This document shows positions 34,763 through 46,222 of a DNA stretch of 64,000 nt, piece by piece (positions within the stretch are counted from its first letter, which is position 1; every line of letters starts with the position of its first letter). The notes beneath the pieces are model-generated. The model searched no databases, was not told where the DNA came from, and saw only the letters and a program-made list of their open reading frames with translations. The stretch comes from Vicugna vicugna (Eukaryota): NCBI GenBank assembly GCA_013265495.1, contig MU061668.1, positions 7,970,055 through 8,034,054 of the forward strand. Reading direction: 5' to 3'. The translations under genes and the position numbers were made by a program.

Positions 34763-37574
34763 CTGCGGAGAGAAAGTCGGAGCCGTGTGAGGTTCCAGAC
34801 CGCAAGTCAGGACTCTGGGAACTCCACACCACCCTCCCTCCCGCTCTGCCCCTCAAAGTCCACTTTTGTTCCCAGTTTTGTTTTTTTTTTTTTACTGCTA
34901 GAGGAAAAACGATCATTTGTTTTGAAGCTGACTCATAGGCTCTTAATGACATGAGATTGGTTTATTTCTGTTTGGAGTCCTTACTGGAACAGAGGATGTA
35001 TTTGGGGACAAGGAAGAGGAGAAAGGGGAAAAGTTGGAGCATCTAAAAACCCTGCCTGCCCCTGTCAACACCATCAGCTCTGGAATCTGGGGGTTACCCA
35101 GAGTTCACGTGCTGTGTCCTCAGTTCCCCCCAGAGTTCTGGGACCAGAGGAGATGCCCAAGCAGACCCGAGAACTCAATGAGCCTTTTAGAAGTGTGGGC
35201 CACTGGCAGGGGGTGACACACAGCATTCAGAGTTGGCGCAGCTGGCCCCAGACTAGGAATGCTATACTTCCATATACCTCCCTTGCGCAAAATTCTACAC
35301 CAACTCGCTGGTGCTGACAAGCAAGACAACGATCCCTGTCCTGACATGGAGTCACCTGCCGTTTTCCTGAAGTCTGGTCAGGACTTTTGAGGGGCAGAGC
35401 ATCTAGGAGCCAGAGCCGCAGCCTGGATGGTCAGCAGCAGCTACAGTGGAGAAGTGGCACCAAAGCCATCGCAAAGGGCCAGCGACCCTTTTGGTGAGGC
35501 CACGCAGGCTGCACCCTCAGCATGAGGACAGTAAGTCGGGGACCACACTGTGTGCGCAGGTCCTTCCTGTTCCTCTGAATTCTTCAGTGGTGCCTTACAC
35601 TTAGGATGATGCTCAGAAACAGACACGGCAGGAATCACTTCCATCTCCACGCCAGAGGCAAAGTTTCCAAAAAAGAGTCTCACTCAGCGTTATCCTCCTC
35701 CAAAGGGAAGCGTGGAGTATGTGAAGATGGGTCTCCAGTGTGTATTTCCCCTTCCCAGTGAAGTCATCATTTAACTTCAGGGCAGCAAGCCAATGACAGA
35801 CCCAGTGAGTCTATAATGATGCCTATAGAGGTAGCCAAGCCTTTGGATGCTTCTATCCAAAGTCAAGTTATGGCACAATTCAACAAAGCCCCAGATAACT
35901 GAATAATTGCTCATTTCATGTTTGCACTTGGCAACAGGCCATGTTTCCAAACCGTAGGGCTTTGGAGCTGTAAACATGATCACTTTATCAGTGAGGGAAA
36001 CCGAGGCCCCGCAGAGGATAGAAGCCGTGGAGATCTCATCACCCGGGTCAGAGACCCTCTGGGGGAGTGACAGGGACAAAGTTAAGTGGCTCATGTCACC
36101 ATTTAATAGAGGAGCCGAACAGGAATCAGTCAAACTATAGTTAATGACTGGCTTTCTTATAGAGTAAGTTTAAGATGAGAAACCACCCATTCTGGCAACA
36201 ATAGCGATTGGTGTTTCTGCTGGGACTGGAGCGCATTTCTGATCTGAGTATGAAAACTCCAGAGAGGACAGAGGAGACAGACGGCAGAAAGGGCAAAGGG
36301 CTGAGAGCTGCTGCATCTGAGTGATGGGTACAGGGGAACTGACAACATCCTCTCACAGTAAGGTGTGTACAAAGAGCTCATAAGAAGAAGTTCAAAGGAA
36401 AAAAGGCAGGAAATGGCGAAGCTCAGCGATGCTTCGGTAAGTCAGGATTCTCTTCAGGGGCAGGGGGGCAGCTCTCTACATCAAGTGTGACTGGAGCCAC
36501 TGTATGAAGCTTTAATATAACTGTAATGAATGGTCTTCAACTACAGCATGCAGTTCACAAATCTTTTTGTAAAGCTAACGCTGCACTGAAATTGTAGTGT
36601 CATTCTGAGTATGAACCAACATCCAGCCTTTCAAATCAACTGGGTATCTACGCAGGTGCAAGAAGACAGGGTACCATGAGCGCAGATGGGCAGGGCAATT
36701 TAAGTACCTGCACCCAGCGCGTCTCTTGGTAACCCTCTTCCCTAATTTTTTTTTTAAAACGGACCTGGGGCTTGCTTGAGGACCTGGGCTCCACATGCAT
36801 CCAGCAACAGAATTTCCCACTGTATTCTGCTGAGCGTGATAACCAGGAGGGTAAACCCCCAGTAACGCAGTGTCCGCATATGCAACTCTAGCTCAGTTTG
36901 TCTTCACCATCTTCCAGTTTTCTAAGCCCAGAGTTTTCACTTTGCTGGGCTAGGATCTTCAGGGGAAGATGTCAGAGAGGCACAGTGGAGAGAGGATCTG
37001 GACACACAGAAGGGTGTGTGTGCACGTTGTGTGTGTATGTGTGTACGTGTATAAGGTGTGAGTAGAGCAAGGAAGAGGTCTTCTGGAGAGCACAGGAGCT
37101 GAATATCTTAACACTCGCAGAAGCAAATATTAAGAGCGTGAATCTCCGACAGACCTCAGTGTGTATCTGAGCCCAAGCTACAGATTCACCAAAGCACAGA
37201 TGATTCTCTGCGAGACTTGCAGAAAATAACACAGCTTCATGCATAAACCAGAGAAATCTTTTCTGCAGATGTATTAGAAGAGAAAGAGACTACTTAGAGG
37301 GCAAAATGTGTTTCATTTTAATTACACTTCTAATGGGTACATTTCTCCCTACCCTAAATATGCAAATCATGTTTAATTCAGTTAGTACTTTCAATTTTTC
37401 TCTTACCAGCAGAAAGCTTTGAAGCCAATTAACATCTTTCAGTTGACAACTATAGCTGTGTTTAAGTTTCTCTGAAACAAAAACTGTTTTTGAAACAGAG
37501 ACAGGTCAAGTAAGAGAAAGTATTAGCCACAAGGCAACGTCAACCTTGGAACGATGAGATGACCATTCTGCAGT

Positions 37575-37740
37575 CAACCAATCGATCGATCAGGCTGTCG
37601 TAATTCCCCACTTCACAGGTGAGGGCCTAGGAGAGGCTAAGTCATCTGCACGGGGCCACAGAGCCGGCGGGCGGGCAGAAGCAGAATGGAACTCAGATCC
37701 CCTACCTCTTGGGGCTGAGATCTTACTACACCAGACTGAA
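37575..37740 (-). mobile_element. MIR SINE fragment
   Basis: ccccacttcacaggtgaggg...agaggctaagtcatctgc...gaactcagatc. Confidence 0.55.
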
Positions 37741-39449
37741 GACAACGGCTCAGAAAGAGGGATGACAAGGTATCTCACCTCAGCACCGAAGGTGAAAAGC
37801 TTTCTGTCCATTCGTAAGCCCTTCGAAGAACCTACTTTTTATATGTATATATATATCTCTCTCAAATATATCTCATATATACATGAGAACACAAATCTGA
37901 GAAAAAGAATAGATTTGACCAGTCTTAGGACTTAGTAGACTCATACACTGGTAAGGGTGAAATCACAGTTTTAGTAACTACTATGGAAGCTTGGAGACAT
38001 GAATTTACGATTATCCCTTCAAGCTGGAATCATGGACTATCTCAGTGAAGAGCAAAATCAACAAATAAGAGGAAGTAAGTTCTCTTCTATTCAACATAAG
38101 GGCTGAAAATACAAGAGTACACAATGGATGGGGGTCTATGTCTACCTTTTTTGGTACCTTTTTTCTTACTGCACAAACGTGGTGCTGTGTAGATGTTCAA
38201 CGTTACTCATGACGGCTGGGCTGGAGGAGCTCAGGTGGGAGTCCACAGTGGGCTCCGAGGACACTGATAGCGGGGAAACCTGTCTGCTATGTCTTCTGAG
38301 GTCCATACCAAGGAAGACAAGTGTGCTAGAGGCGGACAGTGTCTGCCAGACACCAAGCATGGGGCTGAGTGAGGAATGGGTTGCTTCAGCAAAACATTTT
38401 TTAATGTTTAAAGTGCTGGGCGATGAGGTGCCCCTTAGAGACGAGAGAGGATGGAGTGGGGGAGGGGCAAGAGCAGCACCTTGCTGGCCAACCTGCTTGC
38501 ACAACCCCCTCCACCACGAACCTGACCGAATCTAGGTGTGCAGGGAGGGAGGGAGGGAGGGAGCGATGAAGTGGGAGCAACAGGCAGTAAAGGAGGCTGG
38601 TCTGCTCCGGCTCAGGCTGGTGCGGGAACCAGAGGACAAAAGCTCCCAGAAACTGACCTCCAACCCAGCGTCCCCTCCCGCGGCCCCGCCCTGCCACAAG
38701 AGCCCAGTCATCACCACTGTAGCTGGAATCCAGGGCTTCCAATTAAAAACCCGTCTCCTGACTAGCAGACAGGAATAAAGCACCATCCTTCCTAAGTTGG
38801 TCACAACAGTTGGTGCCGAGCATACGGTCGGTACTGAAGGATCACATTAAACCCTCATGAAAACCAGGAGCGGAGAAGCCCTCGGGGACAGCCCTATAAA
38901 AGTGTTTTAGACGAGTAATTTCGACCTGCCTGGCTGGGCTTTGCAAGGGGACTCGCTGATGAGCAACAGCATATCGTATGTGGCAAATGATTCCACTGCC
39001 TATAAAATGACACCAGAGTCTAAAATCTGAGCTACCCTATAAAAGGGGGAGACCGGCGTCTTCTGAGCAGGTGTGCTCGTAAACGAGCACTCAAGGGGGC
39101 TGGATTTCCTGCTCAAGTGCATCATCCTGTGAGCTCCAGGCCTGCCTGCTCTTCATTCCTTTTATTTTCTACCTCAAGATAACCAAAAAAGGCATTCTGA
39201 GCCGTCCCTGGGGCTCTCCAATCAGATCAGGTCAAAGGCTGCTGGAAGGGAGCCTTCAGATGCCTGAGGCTGGAGCTCATTTTCAGGTTCATCCTTGAAG
39301 GTGCCCAGGTCTTCCTGGTGCTCAGAGGGGACAAGAACCCTACTGCCCCAGCTCTGCTCCTACTCGGAGGTCCTCGCACCCATCATCCAGGTCCATGCAA
39401 CCCCAGAACCATGTCTCTCTGGAGCATCGTGGAGGCGTCGCGGACCCAC

Positions 39450-39642
39450 CTCTCAGCTTCTTCTGCCAGTTCATCTCGTTGAAGAGGTCCTCGGACCGCA
39501 GGAAGAAGTCGTTGATCTTGCTGCCTTGCTCGTCCCTCTCGGTAGTGTAGTATATTCGGAGTTTTGACTCCTTGGTTAGGAATTCACATATACTGGGCAC
39601 GGGGAACACGATCTGCTCCATGGTTCGGTCTAATCTGACAAT
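39450..39642 (-). CDS. ITPR1: ITPR1 coding exon (193 nt): [64 protein letters not shown]
   Basis: Acceptor ccctag|ATT, donor GAG|gtgggt; 64 codons + 1 nt. Confidence 0.97.
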
Positions 39643-39938
39643 CTAGGGTGAAGACATGGATGAGGTTAAATAGTTATCTTCAAAAACCCTTTACTCAGGC
39701 TCTCTGCAGCAGCCATGGGCTCAGTGTTCAAGACCAGGGCTAGTAACAGGTCTGCTCTGAGGTCTTCTCTGATTACCTAATCCCCAGACTGGGCTGTGTC
39801 TCCTACAGCTCCACAGAACACAGTTTTGGTAAGTCTATAAGATTATTTCTCTAACTTCAGACCCATTCGTTTTACTGTGACTACGTTTTATCTGGAACAA
39901 CTTAAAGTGTGTTTTGTGTACATATTCAGATGAGGCTC

Positions 39939-40114
39939 TGGGCTGTCCAACAGAACTTTCTGTAATGAGGGAATGGTTCTGTATCTGTGTGGCTGCCTTG
40001 TCCAAACGGAGAGTCACTGGTCACCTGTGGCCACTGAGTCCGGGCACGTGTGGCTAGTACAATTTGGATGTAAACAGCCAAATGTGGCTAGTGGCCATCC
40101 TATGGGACAGGGCG
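39939..40114. mobile_element. MER3-like hAT-Charlie DNA transposon relic
   Basis: gctgtccaacagaactttctg...atgtggctagtggcc...tgggacagggc with imperfect terminal inverted repeats. Confidence 0.75.
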
Positions 40115-41939
40115 GCGCTAGGCTGTGGGACAAATCTCACCTAACACCCTGTCTCAGAGCTCACAACTGGGTTACTTTTACTTGCTAGGAACTTTAAAAG
40201 GAGATCTGTGGTTTATTCGGTTGCAGCGACCTCCTACTTCTGACTTGTCGTAGCATCAAACACGTACGACGCACGAACCCATTGCCCGCTGGATGCTGTA
40301 GCGACAGCTCTCACTGTTCTTTAAATGAGCTTTTCTGGGCCCCGGGGTGGACACCTCACAGGCTTCCTCCGTGCCCTTCCTAGACTGCCTCGATCCCCAG
40401 AAAGAGGAGTCTGGTTGAGATCATTCAAATTTTAGGACACTGCACTGAGTCACACTCCTGGGGGGACAGATTTCAAAAGGGGTCCAGGCTGCAGTAGGGA
40501 AGGGGCTTGGCCTCTCTCGAGTCTTCCTCCCCAGAGCCTAGAGAAGCCAGGGGAGGCCCAGGGTAATGCCCTCTACTAGAAGACCTGGGCCACATTCTCT
40601 CAACACTGTTCCCAATGCAGCCAGAGAGGTGACTCAGGTCAAGTAATGGGAAACTCTCTTAGAGGTCAGACAGGTTCCCACAGCTCTGCCTCCATAAATT
40701 CTGGGAGACTCTGGACCAGTGGTTTCCAAATCAAGGTGAAGCTCAGGTTACGGAAGCTTCCTTATCATACCGACAATGGTTCATAAGCCAACCTCATTTA
40801 ACTGGAACCGTGGAGCTGGGGTTGGTAACGCTGGTGCACACACAGGCTCAGGGACCAACCCTGTAGCCTTCTGCTGTCAAGAGGAGGCCTGCTTCACAGT
40901 CACGTGGGCTTTGGATCAGTCCCTCCTGATATGGAAGGAATGGGATCTGAGAAGTGTGGCTGGGCTCAGGAGGCAATGGAGGAGAAGACAGGAGGCTTCC
41001 TGCCAAGAACTAATGACCAGACTCCAGGGCTGCCCAGCCCAAGTCACCAGAGTGAAGGCACCAGGGTCTGCAGGAGCCCCAGGGAGCGACAGTGCTCTCT
41101 GGCTCCGCACAGGTCATTCCCTGGGAAACTGGAAGATATAGGCTGCAAGGAACAGGATTTCGGGACACCATGCCTGGCCTCTTCTCTCCATCCTTGAAGA
41201 TGGACCCATGCCTCTTTTTCAGTAAACTTCCAATTGGAAATCAGAATCCATCTCAGTGCTTCTCCGACCTCTAACGGGCTGGGTGACCTTGCTCACGTCT
41301 CTCAGCCTCCTGCTTCAGTCTGCCGCCCTGGGAACCAAGGCTCCTTCTCCCCTGGCGTTCCACACCGTGAACCCCTGAAGCTTGTCTTCTAAGCGCTCCA
41401 GAGGACAGAGCTGGCCCTTCCATCACCACTGACCATGGCCATTCTAGTCAGTCACAATAAATCAGGAATATGTGTTCACACACACTGTTATGGTCAAATA
41501 TAATCAGTGAAATGATGCATTTTATTAGGACAGCCCAAAGACCTGAGACATCGAGCAAGGATATACTCTTAGAAGTCTCCAGCCTGAACGTCTCATGGGG
41601 CCCACAGGGGTCTTCAGTATCTCTGTTCTGACTCCGATCATGAATTTGTACATTTCCTCCTTAGCCAAACAGAATATACCATCCCTCATTGCCCAGAGCC
41701 TGCAGACCTAAGTCTGTGTTCTCCCGGCCCCTAGGAGACAACATAGGTCACATAAAAAGTACCCATGGGCTCTGGGTTCCCCTGACCTGGATGGAAATTG
41801 CAGCCCCACCACTGATAACTAGATAAGCAACACAACCTCCCTGAGTCCTACTTCGGAGTTTTCCCATCTGCAAGACGGAAACAATCCCACCGGGCTCCCA
41901 GAGGATGAGGGCGGTCTGTTATGTGTGTGTCCTGCAAAT

Positions 41940-42420
41940 GCAGATCTGGTCCTATCGCTCGTCTGTGTAAAACTCTAGACAGTGTTGCCAGGGTCAAGTC
42001 CAGACTTGGGACGCAGATGGCTGACAGGATGCTGCAGGCTCGGGGCTGCCTACCTGCCTTTCTGACTGTGTGCTGCTCTCCCTTAAGCTCACTCAATTCC
42101 AGCTCCCCACTCTCGCCTCCCCCCAGGGCCTCAGCCTGCCATGACTCCCTGTCTCCCAGAGATCCTCCCTCCAGGCTCTGACCGTTCATTCCTGTTTTCC
42201 TTAAGGTCTGTGCTGAGGTCTCTCTGTTCAGACCTGACCACCGTAGACCCTGGCAGGCCCCCTGCTGGACCTCCTCACAACACCTCTGCTTGCCCTCATG
42301 GCTTGGTTGGAACTTGTAACGCGTCTTCTCATGTGGACCTGCTCTGTGTCTGCCTCCTTACAAGGCTTTAAGTAGGCCTCAAGACTGTCTCCCCGCATCT
42401 TTATAGCTCAGATGAATGAC
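41940..42420 (+). mobile_element. L2 LINE 3' fragment
   Basis: Degenerate pyrimidine-rich L2 body ending in gatgaatgactga. Confidence 0.45.
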
Positions 42421-42491
42421 TGAAGTCAAGCCCAGCCCAGCCCTAGCCTGAGGCGCCGCACGCCCAAGCCCGGTGTCTACTCTGCTTTTAC

Positions 42492-42596
42492 CTCTATCTG
42501 GGCCGTGTGCTTGGCATAAAACTCCAGAGCTTCGTCTCCATCCACCTGGCCACCAGGCTTCAGCATGGTCTGAAGTTCCTTGTTATGCCGAGCCAG
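42492..42596 (-). CDS. ITPR1: ITPR1 coding exon (105 nt): [35 protein letters not shown]
   Basis: Acceptor ttctag|CTG, donor GAG|gtaaaa; 35 codons. Absent from the ORF track, read by hand. Confidence 0.96.
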
Positions 42597-43624
42597 CTAG
42601 AACACAAGTACAGAAAACAGGGGAGTCGACGTCTCTTTGCAACAGGAACATACAAGCCCCTTTCCCGGTCTGGGTATAAAAGACGCAGAATAACCAAGGC
42701 AAAGCTAGAGGTGGTGGGCGGGGCAGGAGCCCACTGCTTTCCATCCAGGTGCGCGCTGCACAGATGCGATTCTGGGCACTTGGCAGAGCAGCACGGACAA
42801 CGCCTGCTCACGAGAGGTCCCACCTTCCCTCGAAGTCTTTAGCCAGGCGGGAGGGGGGTGGGGTTTCCTGTTCAGCCTCACAGAGCCTCTGTTTGGAATG
42901 TCCCGAGACTGCTCAGTGGCTCCATGCCAGGAACAGACGAGATCAAGGGCAGGAGACAGTTTTCTAGTCTGCCTCCAGGGACCGCCACCCTCCGGCCTGG
43001 TACCATCATGGCTTACATCTCACGCCTCTACCTAAGCGGGGTGCCCGGGACAGGAAGCACCAGCCTGCAGCAGTCACCACTGCCCACACACACAGCCCGC
43101 TCAAGGCACGTCAACCCCCAGAAAGAGGAAGTGTCTTCAAAAGCCCAGCCACTTGGGAAGAGAGTTATGAAACAGGGCATTTTGGTGCCAGGGTAAGAAG
43201 TATTACTACATCGCTCAAAAGGCAAACAAAAAGAAGTCATCATGACAAATTCCCAAAGATTTCCAAGTGCGATAGGCCAGGCAGCTGAGGTTTATTTCTT
43301 TAGATTGTTAAGATAGACTCCTCAATATTTACGAACAGACTAAGCCTCCTTTCAACTGTCTTGAGGCACAATCATAAACTCCGCAAGTGTCACTGCTCAG
43401 TGTGAACGCTTTTAACAGATGTGGGGGTTTCCAAGGACATGACCCCACCGGAGTGGAAAAACGGAATGCCTGAGATCTCAGGACACTGGGTCAGGTGGCC
43501 AGTAGTGCCCGTAAGCCCAAACCACCCCTGGTTAAAACCTCAAAGGAAAACCAAGTCTCGGGTACACCCAGCGTGGACTTCTGGCACTGCACGCCTGGCA
43601 GGGTGCCCGGGGCAGAGGTCGTAC

Positions 43625-43747
43625 CTGGTGCGCCAAGATGTAGATGTTGTGCCCCACGTTCCTGGGGGAGGCGGCTCCATCCTCGCCGTTCTCTCCATCC
43701 TCAAACTCCACTTCGCCCTGCATGTAGGCTTTCTTGATCACTTCCAC
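43625..43747 (-). CDS. ITPR1: ITPR1 coding exon (123 nt): [41 protein letters not shown]
   Basis: Acceptor ttgcag|GTG, donor CAG|gtacga; 41 codons. Confidence 0.97.
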
Positions 43748-44234
43748 CTGCAAGAAGGGCCAGGAGAACAAAGCTCCCGTTTCAAGGAAGACCCACACGG
43801 GACTGGCAACAACAACACAGATACTATGTACCTCCCCTTCGCGGCAGACGCCGCTCAGTTCACGCTTCTACCAGGAGTGCACACAGCCTTAGAATCCTTC
43901 TCAACACGATCACAGGCAGTTGCTGCCAGTGAACCTGCACCGACATGAGGAGTGAAACCCAGGTGCTCTCCCTTAGACCAAGAGACACTGCCTGGATGCT
44001 CATGTCCTTCCATGTTAGAAGGGGATGATGGCTAGTAAAGTGCCCACGAACAACAATATGATAAAAAGAAGGCAAGAAGCCAGACTTCTCTCCCTCTACT
44101 TGGTCCCGACTTTTCCCACCTGCTACCCTGCCACTTTAGAAAGCCACCAGCCTTTAAGAAGAGCTGGTGAAACTATTTTCTGACTCCAGATTTTCTCCTG
44201 TCCCCCACAACCTACTCTACATAAAGAGTACCAT

Positions 44235-44440
44235 TAACCAGTGACGTTGACCAACATTGTGCCAAGCTCCGTGTTCAGTATTTTGTTATTGTTTCAGAAT
44301 ATTTGAGGCTCATAAACATTTTATGAGGTGTCAAAGACTCCCACTGATTATGGATGAGGAAGCAGACTTGGGGAGGTAAAAGGGTGTTCCTCCGTTCACA
44401 CGGCTGCTGAGCTGAGCTTTGACCTCACCGTCTCAGGATG
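44235..44440 (-). mobile_element. MIR SINE
   Basis: ttgtgccaagctccgtg...atggatgaggaagcagacttggggaggtaa. Confidence 0.5.
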
Positions 44441-46126
44441 AGAGCACGTTACCTCCAGCATTCCTGCGCCCGCCGTCCTGCTCCCACTATCTCCGCTCCC
44501 CGAGCAGGGAGGCTCTGCCCATTTCTCAGTCCCTCCATGATGCCCAGCACAACGTCCCGGAGAAAGTAGGGCCCGGACAGTATTTATCAAACAAACATAC
44601 CATTCAAGATTTAATCATTCCAAGAACAAGAACACAGTGCCTCCAACCCCTAAGTTGTACTAAAAATTAATTATTTTCTTTGATGATTCAGAAGGCGTTT
44701 CTGCTTCCTGCACTGCCACGAGGCCATTACCCTGAATTATTTCTCATTATCCCGGATCAAGCATGCAGAGGGCCACACGCTTCTGTACTCACACCAGGTC
44801 AGGCCCTGGAAATAATTTTAAAGGCAAGACCCTTGCTGAGTTTGTTTTCTAATACCAGACTGAACAGACGTGGGGGCCAGAAATACACACGTTACACGTG
44901 CACACATATGTACACACATGTTCCGGACACAAGAACATCTCCGCTACGTGGGTTCTCAGAACCAAGTTTGGTCCAAGAAGCCTTAGACTCCTCCCCATGA
45001 GCTGGGAATGATACTATTCAACCACAAGGGGGCGACCTGGGGGCCGGTGGCACCCAGAGCCCTGGGTGCTGCTGTTTCCCTCACCCAAGCCTGGGGTGTG
45101 CTCCTGGGAACAGGAGTGGGGTCTCTGCAAAGTCACTCAGTGCCCCCTCGAGTGCAGCCGATCCTGGGCTCGCCAGTCCCCCAGCCGCAGTTACATAAGC
45201 TGTTACGTAAACTCAGAGAGGACTTTCCATCCCAGGCTGAGAACTCACTCCTGACCTGGGAGATCAAAGCACTGGCTGGCTGCTAACTTTATTTAAAGGA
45301 GCACATAAAGGGACTTGAGCCCGGCCTCGAGTGCACCCGGATCGCCAGGCGGCAGGGAAGTTTTAGTGCCCTCATTTAGGTCTGTCAGTTAAGGTTTATT
45401 TGCGTGGGAAAAAGTCCAAACAGAGCTCGGTCCTCAGCTCGGTTCACCGTCTCTGATAGCTCCTATCTCACGGTTCGCAGCCCTGACTCCCTGCCTGGAA
45501 GTCACTGGCAATTGTGAACAACACCCCGAAGAAATTAAACAGGATTGTGTTTTCTTTAAAAAAAAAAAAAACCCTAAAACATCGGCACCCCCGAAACACT
45601 CTTCTGCTGCCCAGACTATCGGCAGCAAGAAGAGATGTGAATTCTTGAGTCCTGGACAAAGACACGGCAAACAGAGCCGCGAGTGGGCAGTGAGAGGAGG
45701 TGGCACTGCACTCAGGCGGGTCACCGCGGGCACCGGGCTAAGGGCGCCGTGGGATCCTCCTGGCCAGTCTACGCAGCAGCCCTCTGGACTGGGTGACGTT
45801 ATCACCGCCCGCAGCTCAGGGAGTTCCCTTGCGTGCCAGGGTGACCCAGAAAAGGGGCGGAGCGAGGGATGTGCGTGCCAGTCACGGGCTCCCAGACCTC
45901 GTCCCCGCTGCCCCCTGGGAGGCAAACGGACGAGCCAGGCTTCCAGGTGCGGCCGTGCCGAAGGCAGAGGACACTTGTTCAACGCAGGCCTGACTTCTCT
46001 ACCCTAGTCAGAGGCCTCAATCTGATGTTCTCTTTACACTTCTGATTGTCGGCATTGTTAAGGAAGCTCAAGGAAGCCGACCGCCTGCGCTTGGTGCCGC
46101 GGCCAGGGGCCCGCCACCCGGCTCAC

Positions 46127-46222
46127 CAGCTCCTTCGGCCGCATGTTGTAGAGTATCCGCTCGGCGTTTTCGCTGTCGTGCCTGCTCTCCATGATGGCCA
46201 GGAGCAGCTTCGAAGCGTTGTT
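46127..46222 (-). CDS. ITPR1: ITPR1 coding exon (96 nt): [32 protein letters not shown]; includes the Ca2+-sensor glutamate in AIMES (E2100 in rodent numbering)
   Basis: Acceptor aatcag|AAC, donor CTG|gtgagc; 32 codons. Confidence 0.97.

Noticed and set aside
37190-37262. 73-nt pseudo-exon candidate
   Set aside because: Moderate donor (TTG|GTGAAT); illustrates the background rate of pseudo-exons.
37842-37885. ATGTATATAT...ATATATACAT inverted repeat
   Set aside because: Low-complexity AT repeats are self-complementary by chance.
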